From: a virus | Strand: one strand, 5' to 3' | IMG/VR virus record: IMGVR_UViG_3300020204_000005 | DNA: 64,000 nucleotides | Shown: piece after piece, positions 9,793 through 21,163 of the stretch | Layout: every line of letters begins with the position of its first letter | Position numbering within the stretch: position 1 is the first letter of the stretch | The notes under the pieces: model-generated | Seen by the model: the letters and a program-made list of their open reading frames with translations, nothing else | Told to the model about the DNA's origin: nothing | Databases searched by the model: none | Position numbers and translations under genes: made by a program

Positions 9793-10618
9793 TGGTTTTT
9801 AAAATACTTATAAGTTTATTAATACTTATACCTTCTTTGTCGGCAATTTTTTTAATTGATTGTAAGTTTTTAACTAATATTTTACTAACAGGGGAATCTT
9901 TTCTAACAACGTCAGAATAATCACTATCCTTTTTAGATAACATATCCTCAACCATTTTAATCATTCTTTGTTTTTGTGCCTCTTCTAAAGAACCCTTCTC
10001 AACTAAACGTTGTTTAAGTTTACCCTTTTTTCTTTTTTGACCTTTTAATTTACCAAAGTCATTAGTCCTCTCAACAGGGTTATCAACACCCATATCTTTA
10101 AGAGTTTTTACTGATTCGATAAAATCCATATCTTTAGTTTCTTCATAACCAAAGGCATCTGAAAAATCAATCTCTTTAACAATATCTCCATCCTTTTCTT
10201 CACTTTCACCGTAATAAACTCTATAACCTCTAGTTACAGGGTCATTGGTTTGTCTTGTGGCAACAATAGTTTGGTCCATTGTCTTCTTTGGGTGTAAGTA
10301 CATATTAATAAATGGAATACTTGAGTCTCTAAAGGTACCGTCAGAACCTATTAATTCATTTATTTCTTTAGTATCACTAACATCATCAAGTTCTTTTTCA
10401 ATATCCTTCTTTTTAACTTTTTCTTTCTTGGTTAAAAATTTTTGGACAATTGATTTAACTTTTTTCTCATCTTTTTTATTGAAGTCTTTTTTGTTATCGG
10501 TTTTTCTAGATTCGGATAAAGTTTCCGCAACAGAATAATATAGGGAAATTTTATCACCTTTATCTTTAAGGAAAAAATAACAATTATTATTAAAGTATTC
10601 TTTATTAAAATTAATCAT
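9785..10618 (-). CDS. hypothetical protein (277 aa), Lys/Asp/Glu-rich
   Basis: ORF track; upstream TATTTAT motif on minus strand at 10632-10638. Confidence 0.6.
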   Translation of the reverse strand: MINFNKEYFNNNCYFFLKDKGDKISLYYSVAETLSESRKTDNKKDFNKKDEKKVKSIVQKFLTKKEKVKKKDIEKELDDVSDTKEINELIGSDGTFRDSSIPFINMYLHPKKTMDQTIVATRQTNDPVTRGYRVYYGESEEKDGDIVKEIDFSDAFGYEETKDMDFIESVKTLKDMGVDNPVERTNDFGKLKGQKRKKGKLKQRLVEKGSLEEAQKQRMIKMVEDMLSKKDSDYSDVVRKDSPVSKILVKNLQSIKKIADKEGISINKLISILKTSE

Positions 10619-10631
10619 GACTTTTTTATCA

Positions 10632-10658
10632 ATAAATACTTCGTTTTAATGTATTTAT
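10632..10658. promoter_or_regulatory. divergent pair of TATTTAT motifs (candidate late promoters)
   Basis: ATAAATA at 10632-10638 and TATTTAT at 10652-10658 between divergent genes starting at 10618 and 10670. Confidence 0.45.
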
Positions 10659-10669
10659 CATAAAAAAAG

Positions 10670-13519
10670 ATGTCGAGTCAAAATATAAATCAATATGTAA
10701 GGAACAACCTATACCCAAAACTTTATTTGGATAGTTATGATATGTCCCTAACATCTGATGAAACAGATTTTAATCAGGAGGTTGTTTTCTCACCTTATTT
10801 AATCGCTCAAACATATGGTAATAAACTACCAATCAATATTGACATAAATAATATTGATACCGTCCAAAATTTAAATTTAACATATAAAAATTATAACAAT
10901 AACAATATTTTTGTTTCTCAAAATTATTACAACCCTGATAAATTAGATTTGAAATGTTTTACTGCAGAAACTTCATGTGATATAGGTTTAACAGGAATTG
11001 ATAACGGTTTAGTAAATAAAATGACAGGTCAAACCATAACATTTACTAAAGGTTTATTTTCAGATTTTTTAAAATTTGATAGGTTAAGTTTTGATAGAAG
11101 ATTCAAAATGTTCCAAGTAACGGGGTATACAAATACTCCAAATGTAAGATTTTCTGGTTTTAATAATACCGTATTATATGAAGTCGTTAGTAAAAACGAC
11201 CCTGTAATCGGTAGATACCACGAATTATATGGAGGGTTTTATCAAGGGTTTTATAAACTTCATGGTTATGATTATGAAATTTTTCCTGAAAGGATGACCA
11301 AAGGGTGGTCGGTCGAAATGATTCTTAAACCGAGATTATTTAATGAATATGTACTAGGACCTGGCGAGACAACATTAAATGGGATATACCCAAATAATAA
11401 AAATACATTTTTTTATTTTGGTACTAGAGCCGAGAATAAGTTTTATCATCATGCGGATGGTACTCCTGATTGTTTTACAGGTTATACTCGAGTAACAACT
11501 CCTTTAACGGGTTTAAGTACATGCGCATGTTGTGATTTAACAATAAAGAATAGTAGATGTATATATGTATACCCGCCAAGGTCTAAGGATGGTAAACATG
11601 ACCCTAGAGTTAATTATGGTTGTGATACATGTGGTGGTTTAAAGACAAAACAGTTATCATGCGGGTGTGGTTGCGACAAACCACAATGTGAGAATTGTGG
11701 GTGGGAATGTCAAACACACATTTGCCCAACAACACCCACCCCAACCCCAACTCAAAGTCCTACACCAACCCCAACAAGTAATAATTGTATTGTTACCCCT
11801 ACTTGTACACCTACATGTACTAAGTGTGATACTTGCGATGACTGTTTAGATTGTAAACCTGAAGGTTTTTCTTCTATTGAGGACACTTGTGAAAAGGACC
11901 CATTATACGACTCAATGTCAAATGCTTTTTCATTAAGATTATGTGGAGACCCTAAAAACCCAAAAATAGGTGTTAGATTTTTAAGATTTACAGGTGATTG
12001 TACAACTTCAGGAGAGTGTTCTACTAGTGGAATCACATACTCAACGGGATATACTATAACTGATATATGTACACCACCAATATACCCAAGATGTGAAAAA
12101 GAAAATCCTGCTTGGTTAAATGAAGAACATTGGTTCCAAGTTAATGTTGTTTGGGAAAGATATACTTGGTTCGATTACTGTGATTTAAAATATCGTGGTG
12201 GATTAGGTGATATAACTAAACAAGTTTATTTAGAATCTTTAGCAAATAATACAACCTCATTAATTAGTACTCCTTACACAAAAGAAAATGGTAAAGTTGC
12301 TGAAAAAATGGATATCATCAATTTAAATGAAAAATGGTTAATTGAGGGTAAAATGAGAAAGGGTAGATTAAAAATCTACATTAATGGTAAGATATTTCAC
12401 ACTATCGAGGATTTTGAGGAAATTATACCAAGAGCTCTAAATACTGATAAAGAAAAACAGGTTGGTGTACCATTTAATATCTCATGGGGCGGAGGAACAC
12501 AAGGGCTTAGAGAAAACTTAACCTTCTCCTCAACAACAATTCCTAATGGACCCTATATCCAAGACCCTGAGTGTTTTCCAACTAATGATTTAACGGCAAC
12601 AACATTCAATGGGTTAACTACTAATATTTTAATCGAACAAAATTTTGCAGGTACTTTTGATGGAGGAATCTCACAATTTAGAATGTATGTAGAACCATTA
12701 TCGGCACCTGAAGTTAAACACAATTTTAAATTACTTGTAAGTAAATTTAATATGTTTAATCCAGATTGTCCTAATTGTTCAACAACAATATGTAAACCTG
12801 ACGACATTACTTATATACTTTCTGCAGATACTCCAACCACAACAACTGAAGACCCATTTGGTAACGAACCTTTAGGTAGATTATATATTGAGGATTTAAG
12901 AGATAAAAATTATTTGATTGAAAGGAAGTTAAAATTAACTCCTAATAAACCAACTACAATGTATTGGGAGTCCGATGAATGGTGGGGAGACCAAGGAAAA
13001 ACTTCTGAATGTGTTGGTTACGCTTGGGCTCATTGGGTCGAGGACGGGCCAATCAAACATAGCGGTATCGCTCCAATAGTTCACCCAACAATTATTTATA
13101 AAGAAGCTCAAAAAATAGATGAGTGGCCTGGTGAAAATTATAAAGGAACTTCTGTTAGAGCGGGGGCCAAATATTTAAAGAGTATTGGTAGAATTGAGCA
13201 ATATTTATGGACTTATGATATAAACGTTTTAATATCGACTGTATTAACTAAAGGACCTGTTGTTGTCGGTACTAATTGGTACTCATCGATGAATAGACCT
13301 AATATTAATGGTTTAATGAAAGTTTCGGGTTTCAAGATTGGAGGTCATGCCTATGTTATCAATGGTGTTGATACAATTAAAAAACAATTTAGAATTAAAA
13401 ATAGTTGGGGTCGTTCTTGGGGTAAACAAGGACATGCCTTTATTTCTTTTAATGATATGAATAAACTTATTAGACAAAACGGTGAAGTTTGTTTAGCTAT
13501 AGAAAAAAGGTCTAACTAA
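10670..13519 (+). CDS. putative virion protein: Cys-rich/Thr-Pro regions, possible LamG-like domain, C-terminal papain-like (C1) cysteine peptidase
   Basis: C-terminal [12 protein letters not shown] (Gln/Cys), GGHAY (His), KNSWG (Asn); central CxC/CxxC cluster and PTTPTPTPT linker. Confidence 0.75.
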   Translation: MSSQNINQYVRNNLYPKLYLDSYDMSLTSDETDFNQEVVFSPYLIAQTYGNKLPINIDINNIDTVQNLNLTYKNYNNNNIFVSQNYYNPDKLDLKCFTAETSCDIGLTGIDNGLVNKMTGQTITFTKGLFSDFLKFDRLSFDRRFKMFQVTGYTNTPNVRFSGFNNTVLYEVVSKNDPVIGRYHELYGGFYQGFYKLHGYDYEIFPERMTKGWSVEMILKPRLFNEYVLGPGETTLNGIYPNNKNTFFYFGTRAENKFYHHADGTPDCFTGYTRVTTPLTGLSTCACCDLTIKNSRCIYVYPPRSKDGKHDPRVNYGCDTCGGLKTKQLSCGCGCDKPQCENCGWECQTHICPTTPTPTPTQSPTPTPTSNNCIVTPTCTPTCTKCDTCDDCLDCKPEGFSSIEDTCEKDPLYDSMSNAFSLRLCGDPKNPKIGVRFLRFTGDCTTSGECSTSGITYSTGYTITDICTPPIYPRCEKENPAWLNEEHWFQVNVVWERYTWFDYCDLKYRGGLGDITKQVYLESLANNTTSLISTPYTKENGKVAEKMDIINLNEKWLIEGKMRKGRLKIYINGKIFHTIEDFEEIIPRALNTDKEKQVGVPFNISWGGGTQGLRENLTFSSTTIPNGPYIQDPECFPTNDLTATTFNGLTTNILIEQNFAGTFDGGISQFRMYVEPLSAPEVKHNFKLLVSKFNMFNPDCPNCSTTICKPDDITYILSADTPTTTTEDPFGNEPLGRLYIEDLRDKNYLIERKLKLTPNKPTTMYWESDEWWGDQGKTSECVGYAWAHWVEDGPIKHSGIAPIVHPTIIYKEAQKIDEWPGENYKGTSVRAGAKYLKSIGRIEQYLWTYDINVLISTVLTKGPVVVGTNWYSSMNRPNINGLMKVSGFKIGGHAYVINGVDTIKKQFRIKNSWGRSWGKQGHAFISFNDMNKLIRQNGEVCLAIEKRSN

Positions 13520-14082
13520 TGAGTGAAATTATAGTAATAAAAAGTATAAATTACGATGGTGAATTGGCGAATGTGTTATTTAAACCATCGGGGTCTAACA
13601 AAGTCATTAATTTGGGTAATATTACATTACCTTTTGAATTCGACCCTTCTTTATTAGTTCCTCCTTTAAAACCATATGGTGATTACACTATTTTCCTTGT
13701 TGAGGAAAGTTGTACTTATTATTTAAACGTTCCTGCACCAACTCCAACTCCAACACCTAGTAACACAACTACAAAAACCCCCACACCAACACCAACTCCT
13801 ACCCAAACACCAACTCAAACTATTGACCCTTGTAAATTTATTACACCAACACCAACTAAAAGTGTTACACCAACTAAAACACCTAAATCATCTCCAACAC
13901 CTACACCAAGTTGGGACCCGTGTATAACACCATTCCCAACTAAAACTCCAACACCTACTAATACTCAAACGCCTACATTAACTCCAACACCAACACTTAT
14001 TACTTATTATATCACGAGTGAATCGGGTAATCCTATAATTTCTGAAGATAATAATTATATTATTCCTGAAGATTGTGAATAA
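13519..14082 (+). CDS. Pro/Thr-repeat putative virion protein
   Basis: PTPTPT tracts from about residue 72 to 160; C-terminal [13 protein letters not shown]. Confidence 0.65.
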   Translation: MSEIIVIKSINYDGELANVLFKPSGSNKVINLGNITLPFEFDPSLLVPPLKPYGDYTIFLVEESCTYYLNVPAPTPTPTPSNTTTKTPTPTPTPTQTPTQTIDPCKFITPTPTKSVTPTKTPKSSPTPTPSWDPCITPFPTKTPTPTNTQTPTLTPTPTLITYYITSESGNPIISEDNNYIIPEDCE

Positions 14083-14102
14083 CGATAAATATATATTATT
14101 AA

Positions 14103-17100
14103 ATGATTCAATCAATAGAAATAACTGGTGCGTCAGGTACAGGTCCTTACGACATTGAGGTATGTGATATCACATTATCATTGTGTGTACCAATTGCGTC
14201 ATCAGTTCCTATACCACCAACCTATCAATTTACATTACCTAACGTTTTAAGTGGTGCAACTGAAGTTGTTGTAAGATTAATTGATTCTGAGGGATGTCCT
14301 TGTTTACAGGTATGCCCATGTATTTTACCTAGCCAAACGCCAACATTAACCCCTACAATAACACCAACAATGACAGTTAATTGTAATTGTCTTGAGTTTA
14401 ATAATGAGGATGTTATTGAACATACAATTTCTTTTATTGATTGTAGTGGTAATAATATAGACACTGTTATTTCACCTGAAACGGTATTAACTTTTTGTGG
14501 TAAAAGTCCTTCAGTTAGTAGCCCTTCAGTTATTGTTACAATAGGGGATTTTTGTGTTGGAGGAGTGTGTCCTCCCCCACCACCGACATTAACTCCTACA
14601 CAAACACCGACTAACACCTCAACACCAACAATTACACCAACAAAAACATTGGTACCTTTAGTGGGATATTTCCAATATTGTTGTGACCCGTCAAATATTG
14701 TTATTATCTCAACAATTCCTCTTAGTTATTATCCATTGAGTGGAGTTTATTATGTTGAAAGTGCAGGTTTTAATGGTTGTGTTACTTCAATACCTCCAAC
14801 ATTTTCACCTAATGCGTATGTTTACATCGATGCAATATCGTTTACTTCATGTTCTGATTGTGAATCAACTTATCCATGTCCTTCACCAACCCCTACTGTA
14901 ACACCTACCATCACCCCAACGGAAACCGTTACACCCACTGTAACATCGACCCCAACTACAACGCCAACAGTTACACCAACGGAAACCGTTACACCCACTG
15001 TAACATCGACCCCAACTACAACGCCAACAGTTACACCAACCGAAACTGTCACTCCAACAGTTACTATAACACCTACTAATACCGTCACTCCAACAGTTAC
15101 TAAAACATCAACTCCTACTATTACTCCCACTAAAACTTCAACTGTTACCCCAACTGTAACTAGAACCCAAACGATTACACCAACTAATACGGTAAGACCA
15201 ACTAATACTCCTACCAATACTATAACTCCAACAAAAACTCAAACACCAACTATTACACCAACACACACAATTACTCAGACTAATACGGTAACGCCAACTA
15301 ACACTGTTACCCCAACTAATACCATTACCCCAACAATTACAAGAACTCCAACTAATACCATAACACCAACTAATACACCTACTAATACTGTAACTCCGAC
15401 TAATACTATAACTCCAACTAATACTGTAACTCCGACTATAACACCTACTAATACCATTACCCCAACAATTACAAGAACTCCAACTAATACCATAACACCA
15501 ACTAATACACCTACTAATACTGTAACTCCGACTAATACTATAACTCCAACTAATACTGTAACTCCGACTATAACACCTACTAATACTGTAACTCCAACTA
15601 ATACTATAACTCCAACTAATACTGTAACTCCATCTATCACGCCTACTAAAACTGTAACACCTACTAATACTATTACTCCAACTATTTCATTAACACCAAC
15701 AAGAACTCAAACTCCAACTATAACACCTACTAATACTGTAACTCCAACTAATACTGTAACTCCATCTAATACTGTAACTCCGACTATAACACCTACTAAT
15801 ACTATTACTCCAACTATTTCATTAACACCAACAAGAACTCAAACTCCGACTATAACACCTACTAATACTATTACTCCAACTAATACTATAACTCCAACTA
15901 ATACTGTAACTCCGACTATAACACCTACTAATACTATTACTCCAACTAATACTGTAACACCTACTAATACTGTAACTCCAACTAATACTGTAACTCCAAC
16001 TAATACACCTACTAATACTGTAACTCCGACTATAACACAAACACCAACTAATACTGTCACCCCTACAGTTACTCCAACTATTTCATTAACACCAACAAGA
16101 ACTCAAACTCCAACTATAACACCTACTAACACTGTAACTCCAACTAATACTGTAACTCCGACTATAACACCTACTAATACTGTAACTCCAACTAATACTG
16201 TAACTCCGACTATAACACCTACTAATACTGTAACTCCGACTAATACTGTAACTCCAACTAATACTGTAACTCCGACTATAACACCTACTAATACTATTAC
16301 TCCAACTAATACTGTAACTCCAACTATAACACCTACTAATACTATTACTCCAACTAATACTGTAACTCCATCTATCACGCCTACTAAAACTGTAACACCT
16401 ACTAACACTGTAACTCCAACTAATACTGTAACTCCAACTAATACTATAACTCCAACTAATACTCAAACTCCATCTATCACACCTACTAAAACTGTAACTC
16501 CAACTAATACCATAACACCAACTAATACTGTAACTCCGACTAATACTCAAACTCCATCTATCACGCCTACTAAAACTGTAACTCCAACTATAACACAAAC
16601 ACCAAGTAATACTGTAACTCCGACTATAACACCTACTAATACCATAACACCAACAAGAACTCAAACTCCAACTATAACACCTACTAATACTATTACTCCA
16701 ACTATTTCATTAACACCAACAAGAACTCAAACTCCAACTATAACACAAACACCAACTAATACACCTACTAATACTGTAACTCCGACTAATACTGTAACTC
16801 CGACTAATACTATAACTCCATCTATCACGCCTACTAAAACTGTAACACCTACTAATACTATTACTCCAACTAATACACCTACTAATACTGTAACTCCAAC
16901 TAATACTGTAACTCCATCTATCACGCCTACTAAAACTGTAACACCTACTAATACTATTACTCCAACTAATACTGTAACTCCAACTAATACACCTACTAAT
17001 ACTGTAACTCCAACTAATACTGTAACTCCATCTATCACGCCTACTAAAACTGTAACACCTACTAATACTATTACTCCAACTAATACTGTAACTCCGACTA

Positions 17101-18893
17101 TAACACCTACTAATACCATAACACCAACTAATACTCAAACTCCATCTATCACGCCTACTAAAACTGTAACACCTACTAATACTATTACTCCAACTAATAC
17201 TGTAACTCCGACTATAACACCTACTAATACTGTAACTCCAACTAATACTGTAACTCCAACTATAACACCTACTAATACTGTAACTCCAACTAATACTATA
17301 ACTCCAACTAATACTCAAACTCCATCTATCACACCTACTAAAACTGTAACTCCAACTATTTCATTAACACCAACAAGAACTCAAACTCCGACTATAACAC
17401 CTACTAATACTATTACTCCAACTAATACTATTACTCCAACTAATACCATAACACCAACTATAACACAAACACCAACTAATACAGTTACTCCAACTATTTC
17501 ATTAACACCAACAAGAACTCAAACTCCAACTATAACACCTACTAATACTATTACTCCAACTATTTCATTAACGCCAACAAGAACAGTTACACCATCTATA
17601 ACTCCAACTAATACTATAACGCCAACAAGAACAGTTACACCATCTATAACGCCAACAAGAACAGTTACACCATCTATTACACCTACAGTTACACCAACAA
17701 CACCATATAGGTTTTATTTAATGAGTGATTGTTGTACAAATACTAAAACTAATGTAATGAGTTTACCGACCGCATTTGCATCTGTAGGAAATACTTTTGT
17801 TTCTACAGGAGGAGTTTGTTATTCGGTATCGGCAATCGTTGAGGGACCTGCAAATGTTACTTGGAATGGGGGTACTATATATAGTGGGGGTACTCCATCT
17901 GAAAATTGTACTAGATGTACCGCGGCCAATATTTGCCCTTCACCTACCCCAACGACTACAAAAACACCGACACCTACCCCAACAATTACAAGAACACCAA
18001 CAGTAACACCAACAAGAACTCAAACTCCAACTATTTCATTAACACCAACAAGAACTCAAACTCCGACTATAACACCTACTAATACTATAACTCCAACTAA
18101 TACTGTAACTCCAAGTAATACTGTAACTCCGACTATAACACCTACTAATACTATTACTCCAACTATTTCATTAACACCAACAAGAACTCAAACTCCAACT
18201 ATAACACCTACTAATACTATTACTCCAACTATTTCATTAACACCAACTAGAACTGTAACACCTACAGTAACTCCAAGTATTTCTGTTTCACCAACTAGAA
18301 CTGTAACACCTACAGTAACTCCAAGTATTTCTGTTTCACCAACTAGAACTGTAACACCTACAGTAACTCCAAGTATTTCTGTTTCACCAACTAGAACTGT
18401 AACACCTACAGTAACTCCAAGTATTTCTGTTTCACCAACTAGAACTGTAACACCTACAGTAACTCCAAGTATTTCTGTTTCACCAACTAGAACTGTAACA
18501 CCTACAGTAACTCCTACCATTTCATTAACGCCGACTAGAACTGTAACACCTACAGTAACTCCTACCATTTCATTAACACCAACGAGAACTCAAACCCCAA
18601 CTATAACCCCTACACCAACAATGACACCAACACCAACACAGTGTGGGGATGCTTCATGTTGTCAAATAGAATTATGTTTTGGGCCTGATTGTAGGGGGGC
18701 TTGTGGTTGTAATCAAACAGACACATTCTATCTACATTTACCGTGTGGTGGTAATTGTAAATTATCAAATGCGGATGGTATATTTGAGGACCCGAGGTGT
18801 ACAACTCCGGCAAATAGAAAGTACTATTCAGATGGGAATGATTGTTACTATTGGGATGGAATAAGTTCATTATCTTACGAAGGCCCTTGTTAA
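14103..18893 (+). CDS. giant mucin-like Thr/Pro-repeat protein with Cys-rich modules (putative glycosylated virion fibre/decoration)
   Basis: 1596 aa; TPTNTV/TPTNTI/TPTITP-type repeats over about 14880-17703 and 17940-18640; Cys-rich N-terminal, internal and C-terminal domains. Confidence 0.8.
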   Translation: MIQSIEITGASGTGPYDIEVCDITLSLCVPIASSVPIPPTYQFTLPNVLSGATEVVVRLIDSEGCPCLQVCPCILPSQTPTLTPTITPTMTVNCNCLEFNNEDVIEHTISFIDCSGNNIDTVISPETVLTFCGKSPSVSSPSVIVTIGDFCVGGVCPPPPPTLTPTQTPTNTSTPTITPTKTLVPLVGYFQYCCDPSNIVIISTIPLSYYPLSGVYYVESAGFNGCVTSIPPTFSPNAYVYIDAISFTSCSDCESTYPCPSPTPTVTPTITPTETVTPTVTSTPTTTPTVTPTETVTPTVTSTPTTTPTVTPTETVTPTVTITPTNTVTPTVTKTSTPTITPTKTSTVTPTVTRTQTITPTNTVRPTNTPTNTITPTKTQTPTITPTHTITQTNTVTPTNTVTPTNTITPTITRTPTNTITPTNTPTNTVTPTNTITPTNTVTPTITPTNTITPTITRTPTNTITPTNTPTNTVTPTNTITPTNTVTPTITPTNTVTPTNTITPTNTVTPSITPTKTVTPTNTITPTISLTPTRTQTPTITPTNTVTPTNTVTPSNTVTPTITPTNTITPTISLTPTRTQTPTITPTNTITPTNTITPTNTVTPTITPTNTITPTNTVTPTNTVTPTNTVTPTNTPTNTVTPTITQTPTNTVTPTVTPTISLTPTRTQTPTITPTNTVTPTNTVTPTITPTNTVTPTNTVTPTITPTNTVTPTNTVTPTNTVTPTITPTNTITPTNTVTPTITPTNTITPTNTVTPSITPTKTVTPTNTVTPTNTVTPTNTITPTNTQTPSITPTKTVTPTNTITPTNTVTPTNTQTPSITPTKTVTPTITQTPSNTVTPTITPTNTITPTRTQTPTITPTNTITPTISLTPTRTQTPTITQTPTNTPTNTVTPTNTVTPTNTITPSITPTKTVTPTNTITPTNTPTNTVTPTNTVTPSITPTKTVTPTNTITPTNTVTPTNTPTNTVTPTNTVTPSITPTKTVTPTNTITPTNTVTPTITPTNTITPTNTQTPSITPTKTVTPTNTITPTNTVTPTITPTNTVTPTNTVTPTITPTNTVTPTNTITPTNTQTPSITPTKTVTPTISLTPTRTQTPTITPTNTITPTNTITPTNTITPTITQTPTNTVTPTISLTPTRTQTPTITPTNTITPTISLTPTRTVTPSITPTNTITPTRTVTPSITPTRTVTPSITPTVTPTTPYRFYLMSDCCTNTKTNVMSLPTAFASVGNTFVSTGGVCYSVSAIVEGPANVTWNGGTIYSGGTPSENCTRCTAANICPSPTPTTTKTPTPTPTITRTPTVTPTRTQTPTISLTPTRTQTPTITPTNTITPTNTVTPSNTVTPTITPTNTITPTISLTPTRTQTPTITPTNTITPTISLTPTRTVTPTVTPSISVSPTRTVTPTVTPSISVSPTRTVTPTVTPSISVSPTRTVTPTVTPSISVSPTRTVTPTVTPSISVSPTRTVTPTVTPTISLTPTRTVTPTVTPTISLTPTRTQTPTITPTPTMTPTPTQCGDASCCQIELCFGPDCRGACGCNQTDTFYLHLPCGGNCKLSNADGIFEDPRCTTPANRKYYSDGNDCYYWDGISSLSYEGPC
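14880..17703 (+). repeat. degenerate in-frame tandem repeat array (units of 12 and 18 nt and multiples)
   Basis: Units such as actccaactaatactgta recur dozens of times; plus strand is strongly G-poor. Confidence 0.9.
18241..18514 (+). repeat. 48-bp perfect tandem repeat, 5 copies plus partial
   Basis: caccaactagaactgtaacacctacagtaactccaagtatttctgttt at 18241, 18289, 18337, 18385, 18433; encodes PTRTVTPTVTPSISVS. Confidence 0.9.
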
Positions 18894-18894
18894 T

Positions 18895-18923
18895 AAAAAA
18901 CCCCCACTTTTAAGGTGAGGGTT
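18895..18923. terminator. possible terminator hairpin
   Basis: aaaaaa-cccccac-ttttaag-gtgagggtt imperfect stem right after the stop at 18893; the A-run side suggests minus-strand or bidirectional action. Confidence 0.35.
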
Positions 18924-18979
18924 AATAATTATACTATTTTCTTTATCTTTTTTTTAAGTATTTTTTCAGTAAAAAAGAT

Positions 18980-20227
18980 ATGAAAATTTTTGTTCAAATT
19001 GCCTCATATAGAGACCCCCAATTAATACCAACAATAAAAAACATGTTTGAAAATGCTAAAAGACCAAAAAATTTGGTTTTAAGTATTTGTAGACAATATC
19101 ACCCTGAAGATGGTTTCGATAATCTTGATGAATATAAAAGTGATAAAAGATTTAGAATTATTGATGTTTTGTATTCAGAGTCTAAAGGAGTTTGTTGGGC
19201 GAGAAATCTAACACAACAACAATATCAAGGTGAAGATTATACATTACAAATCGACTCTCACATGAGGTTTGAGAAAGATTGGGATGATACTCTAATTAAG
19301 ATGATTAAACAACTCCAAAAGAAAGGGTTTGATAAACCTCTGTTAACAGGTTATGTTTCATCATTTGACCCAGATAACGACCCCGCAGGTAGGGTTCAGG
19401 AACCATGGAGAATGGTATTTGATAGATTTATACCTGAAGGTGCGGTTTTCTTTTTACCTGAAACAATACCTGGCTGGAGGGAAATGGAAGAACCTGTTAC
19501 GGCAAGATTTTATTCTGCTCACTTTGCATTTACGTTAGGTAAATTTAGTGAAGAGGTTCAACATGACCCCGAGTTTTACTTCCATGGAGAAGAGATTTCA
19601 ATAGCCGCAAGAGCATATACTCATGGTTATGATTTATTCCATCCTCATAAAGTTGTGATTTGGCATGAATACACTCGTAAAGGAAGAACAAAACAATGGG
19701 ACGATGATAAAGATTGGGCAACAAAAAATAATTTATCACATTCTAAAAATAGACAATTATTCGGTATGGATGGGGAAGAAGTTTTATTAGATTTTAGTAA
19801 ATACGGATTTGGTACCGAAAGAACTCTAAAAGATTATGAAATCTATTCAGGTTTAAGATTCTCAAGAAGAGCGGTCCAACAATATACATTAGATAAACAT
19901 TACCCACCAAACCCAACAATATATAATACTGATGAAGAATGGGAGAGTAGCTTTGCATCAATCTTCAAACATTGTATTGATATTGGGTTTACTCAAGTAC
20001 CTGAAAAAGATTATGAGTTTTGGGTGGTTGCGTTTCATGATGAAAAGGATGAAACAATTTTCCGAAAAGATGCCGACATCAATGAAATTAATGGTATGAT
20101 GAATGACCCTGATGGATATTGTAAAGTGTGGAGAGAATTCCAAACATCTCATAAACCAAAATATTGGGTTGTATGGCCTTATAGTGTATCAAAAGGATGG
20201 TGTGAAAGATTAACGGGTAATTTGTAA
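18980..20227 (+). CDS. GT60-like UDP-GlcNAc:polypeptide alpha-N-acetylglucosaminyltransferase (Gnt1/TcOGNT2 family)
   Basis: IFVQIASYRD, KGVCWAR, LQIDSHMRF.KDWD (DxH metal motif), FHGEEISIAARAYTHGYD, as recalled for Dictyostelium Gnt1-type enzymes. Confidence 0.85.
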   Translation: MKIFVQIASYRDPQLIPTIKNMFENAKRPKNLVLSICRQYHPEDGFDNLDEYKSDKRFRIIDVLYSESKGVCWARNLTQQQYQGEDYTLQIDSHMRFEKDWDDTLIKMIKQLQKKGFDKPLLTGYVSSFDPDNDPAGRVQEPWRMVFDRFIPEGAVFFLPETIPGWREMEEPVTARFYSAHFAFTLGKFSEEVQHDPEFYFHGEEISIAARAYTHGYDLFHPHKVVIWHEYTRKGRTKQWDDDKDWATKNNLSHSKNRQLFGMDGEEVLLDFSKYGFGTERTLKDYEIYSGLRFSRRAVQQYTLDKHYPPNPTIYNTDEEWESSFASIFKHCIDIGFTQVPEKDYEFWVVAFHDEKDETIFRKDADINEINGMMNDPDGYCKVWREFQTSHKPKYWVVWPYSVSKGWCERLTGNL

Positions 20228-21163
20228 ATGAAAAATATTAGAGTCCATAATCCCTGTAATGAACATACAAGATATTATAGAAATTATAATTACTTTTGGG
20301 ATGAGTTTACAAACTATTTAAAAGAATTCTTTAATGTTGAAGAAAACCGATACTTTGAGAATGCTCATAAAGAAAGATTTCCTGTTAATTTGAAAAAAGG
20401 AATCTCGGGTAATTTTTTATTATTAGAGTGTGAATATGTTATTGAAAATTTAGAAAGTGGTGAATTTGTTATTATGTCTGTTTCAGATGATTTATCTCAT
20501 GCAACTTTAAATGAAAAGTCAAACCCATTTTTAAAAAAGGTATTAATCTCACAATTTTTACCAAAAAAAATATTAGACCATGTTGGAGAACATATGTATA
20601 AATATTCCCCGTGGACATACTTCCAAGCTTCAATGGATGACTTATCAATATATTACAATAAAAGACAAGAAAAGGAATTTTTAAATAATACTTTATATTT
20701 TAAAGGGACTTCTTTAGAAGATAGAAAAATCCTGAGTTTTATTGACAAAAATATTATTACCGATTTTAATGTTATCACACCATCTAATTATTTTGATGAT
20801 TTGATATCCCATAAAATTGCTTTGTCAGTTGATGGTAGAGGTGAATTTTGTTATAGGGATGTTGAGTGTTTTGGGATAGGGGTACCCATTATTAGATATG
20901 AATATGTATCAAAATTTATTTCCCCGTTAATCCCTAACTACCATTATATATCATTACCAAGACCATCTGATATGGGTTTATATAGGTTAGGTAATGAAAC
21001 ACACGCCAAATTATTGGAAAATAGATACCATGAAGTTATAAACGATAACGAATTCTTATCATTCATCTCAAGAAACGCTAAAGAATATTATGATATTAAT
21101 TTTTCACTTAACTCTAAAATAAAAAACACATTTAATTTATTAAATTTACAAGATTGGGTATGA
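20228..21163 (+). CDS. putative GT-B glycosyltransferase (GT90/GT47/CgeB-like C-terminal half)
   Basis: LYFKG...KIALSVDGRGEFCYRDVECFGIGVPII. Confidence 0.55.
   Translation: MKNIRVHNPCNEHTRYYRNYNYFWDEFTNYLKEFFNVEENRYFENAHKERFPVNLKKGISGNFLLLECEYVIENLESGEFVIMSVSDDLSHATLNEKSNPFLKKVLISQFLPKKILDHVGEHMYKYSPWTYFQASMDDLSIYYNKRQEKEFLNNTLYFKGTSLEDRKILSFIDKNIITDFNVITPSNYFDDLISHKIALSVDGRGEFCYRDVECFGIGVPIIRYEYVSKFISPLIPNYHYISLPRPSDMGLYRLGNETHAKLLENRYHEVINDNEFLSFISRNAKEYYDINFSLNSKIKNTFNLLNLQDWV

Noticed and set aside
18241-18514. 48-bp and 30-bp (26725) direct repeats as a CRISPR array
   Set aside because: Head-to-tail with no spacers, in frame inside coding sequence, no cas genes
14225-18870. Many antisense ORFs (VGVTVLVGV..., SYSISWSYS...) and small alternative-frame ORFs
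   Set aside because: Shadows of the TPT repeat codons; no independent starts or motifs
14103-20227. Eukaryotic contamination or giant-virus (NCLDV) origin because of mucin and GT60
   Set aside because: Contiguous, intron-free and similar in composition to sheath, tube, neck, gp32 and UvsX genes of a tailed phage; read-level contiguity should still be checked
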